DNA of 51,283 nucleotides, filler included, from Jimgerdemannia flammicorona (lineage: Eukaryota), in assembly GCA_003990765.1 (NCBI GenBank). It is 2 parts of 2 records of this genome, joined end to end, with 100 filler letters (N's around TTAATTAATTAA, not from the genome) between each part and the next. Parts side by side here need not be neighbours in the genome. Positions count along the whole stretch, not along the records: positions 25,693 to 51,283 come from RBNJ01000815.1; 1 more part is not named here. The stretch is one strand, 5' to 3'. The notes beneath the pieces were generated by a model that saw only the letters and a program-made list of their open reading frames with translations, searched no databases and was not told where the DNA came from. Shown in pieces: positions 48,982 through 51,283 of this stretch. Every line of letters starts with the position of its first letter. Within the stretch, counting starts at the first letter, position 1. A program made the translations under genes and the position numbers.

Positions 48982-50099
48982 TGTTATGTAGTGGTCACTG
49001 AGTCCTTCAAATATGCCAGATTCTCTTCAAGGTGTATCTCTTAGATTAACTCAAGTTTTTTATAAGTAAGTTCTTATTGGAGTACCTTCCCAAGATCTTA
49101 TAGTCCTCAAACTTCTTTATCTTTAACTGTCTTATTATCTCTTAGATTGCTTATAAGGAAGTGTGTGTATTGTACTGAGAAGACTGACTTTATTTCAGAG
49201 GAAATAAGAGGAGTATTTATACAAAATATAATTCAATAGTTACAAAGATATAAAGCTAAATATAAATTCCAATAACTAAAACTACTAAGTTCCAGGATCG
49301 GTACTGATGGTTGTATAGGTTCAGGATACTGGTATAATTTAGTGTCATATCAGAATACTGGTGCTGGAACAATTCTGTGTCACCTCAGAATGCCAGTGCT
49401 GGCATTATCCAGTGTAACAAGAGACTTAGAGCAGAATGTTCAAGATCATGGGGGCTTCATCCTCATCATCAGAGGTCAGGATATCTTCAAAGGAGATGTG
49501 GTCTATGAACATTTCATCAAGATTACATAGGTCATGTGGGACGATGTCATTGCTGATGATATCATCATGTTCAGCAGCAGTAGGAATAAGGATATCTGGA
49601 GCTCTCCAGTCTATGAGGTTCTCTTCCACAAAATAGGAGACAAATGTAGGGTCTTGGAGAGGTCTAACCCAGATGCTTGGGCCTTGGAATACTGAGATCA
49701 ATTCTTGCAGGAATTGGTCTGGATTGTCCTGGAGGATGAGGTGCCAGAAGTCTTCTACTTCATCACTATTGAGGGTGATAGTGGACTGGGATTCTGTAGT
49801 CACCCTGGCTTCTAGTGCATTAATATGGCAGGATGACAGATCTCTGAAATCTGAGACTCTAATATACTCTAAGTTGGGGATCAACCATGGTGCATGCCTG
49901 AAGATCTGATAGATCTTCTTAGCTGTCCTTGTTTTGCATATATCCATAGGAGTGGTATCTTGTAGCTCTTGAGTACTGGCCTGTGGGAACTCCTGGCAAA
50001 GGAGGTTTCCTATTTTGTACTCCTGCCACATTTGGAGGCATTCGGTGGCAATGGTGATCCTTGTTTCTATTTCATAGTAGTAGAGAATATAATGATAAG
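48982..50099 (-). repeat. 5' LTR (truncated at the LINE B insertion), containing the 201-codon open stretch 49426..50031 of the LTR-encoded protein
   Basis: Collinear with 43725-44842 up to AATATAATGATAAG, after which it switches to unrelated sequence. Confidence 0.85.
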
Positions 50100-51283
50100 C
50101 AACCCTTTCTCCGCTACCTTACCAGTCACAAGGTTTGGTAGGTGCCCTTCCAAGTCCCCTTTCTCCTAATATTACCCCCTCTACCTTGGATTAGTTTGCT
50201 GTGCCTGCAGGGGCATGGTGGGAGGTGGGCAATGGTGATGAGTTGCCTCTTTATCAGTGTCAGATCAGTGCTTTCTCCACTTTTTCGCAGATTCTGGTGC
50301 CTTCAGCTGTGTCTGGAGTGTACCCATTTTGGTGCGGTGCCTTCTTACTTTTGCCGTCGCCAACAAGGAGTTGTCTCGGTATGTCTCAGGCTACATAGGG
50401 AGTCAGCCGACCTTGGGCGTCAAGTGCTTAGTGTAGGTTACCTGTAGGTCCTCGGTGCCTGTGGTGGGGCCCTCTGGCTTTGGCGAGCTTCCTGGCAAGC
50501 ATGGTTCTGGCGTAGGTGACTGCTTTTCGGGTGTTGTCGGGTTGGGAGGGGAGATGGCCATCACAGATAGGCAGAAGGGCAATTACGGTGAACCAGTAGG
50601 GTGCCAGGCTGGGGGTGGTCATCGGGACTAGGGCAGGTGCTGCTTCAGTGGGGCCTTTTGATTGGTGCAGTGCAGTTAGGTGGTAGGTATCACTATCAGC
50701 TTCTTTTGGCAGTCAGTGGGGTTGGACCCCAGTTGTCAGGGGGGGTCAGGAGGCCTGAGGCTACCCATTTCAGGTGTCTTGGCTACACTCAACTGGAACC
50801 GGGAGCTGACATGGCAACATGATCGAGGCCCACAGGCTTGAGTAGTGGGGTATTGGTGGTTTCCTCCCACCTCACGTGTAAGTTCTTTACTCACCTCAAC
50901 TGGGAGAACCAGGCCCTACTCACCATGTTGTACTTTGATGAGGGTTTTTTATTTGCCTGTCATTCTCTTTGGGGTGGCAGGGGCTATTCTATTTGGCTTG
51001 GACATGGCCTTATACATATGTTGGGTTCTCAGGCATGCGCTTTCGGTCGTTGGCATATGGTTGGGTTTCCCCTGGTGGTAGAGAGAGCATGGTGTGCAGA
51101 ATGAGGTGCGGACTTATTAGCCCTGCTGCGCCTGGTATGGTCGAGCTGCTGGACAATAGCTAGCCTAGGTTAATGGGGGGACAGTGCTTGGTGGGTGGTG
51201 GGGGAGGGTTTTGGCCTATATAGTCTAGGTTCTCTTCTAATAAAAATCCACAGGACATGAGTCCGTAAAACAAAAGAAAAAAA
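50100..51283 (+). mobile_element. 5'-truncated LINE family B, 3' end with A-rich tail at the window edge
   Basis: G/Trp-rich decayed coding-like sequence, 3' UTR shared with 25693-25836, AATAAA at ~51239 and an A-rich tail. The second TSD would lie beyond the window. Confidence 0.7.

Larger units (their letters stand above)
43725..50099 (-). mobile_element. Ty3/Gypsy LTR retrotransposon, internally deleted and decayed; 5' LTR interrupted by LINE B
   Basis: Direct repeats begin TGTYATGTAGTGG at 43725 and 48982. On the minus strand a PPT AGGAAGAAGA abuts TGTAAC at 45196 and a PBS-like TGGTGCCCATTGG lies 3 nt from the 5' LTR. Domain order is gag-RT-RNaseH-integrase. Confidence 0.93.

Overview
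Eukaryotic genomic DNA: GT-AG introns, LINEs, Ty3/Gypsy elements and a TKL kinase of the type expanded in early-diverging fungi suggest a Mucoromycota-like fungus (inference). It falls into two zones. (1) Bases ~1-23,150 are CpG-rich and genic. They hold a ~2,550-aa GVIN1/VLIG-type GTPase with a MACPF-like motif (minus strand, one clear 84-nt intron), set head-to-head with an intronless caspase-family (C14) protease whose C-terminus ends in a doubled 19-aa G/N/T-rich amyloid-like motif. A TKL kinase with local duplicate debris, a YhhN pseudogene and a hAT-type MITE are also here. (2) Bases ~23,150-51,283 are a CpG-depleted nest of transposons. They include two full-length copies of one L1/Tx1-like LINE with TSDs, two 3' ends of a second LINE family, a 2.3-kb solo LTR, an internally deleted Ty3/Gypsy element with ~1.47-kb LTRs, very AT-rich relics and an artificial 100-bp scaffold spacer. 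The best candidates for undescribed biology are a putative immunity/cell-death module (MACPF-like VLIG GTPase plus amyloid-tailed caspase) and a conserved protein encoded in the U3 region of two diverged LTR families. All alignments were made by eye and no database searches were run.
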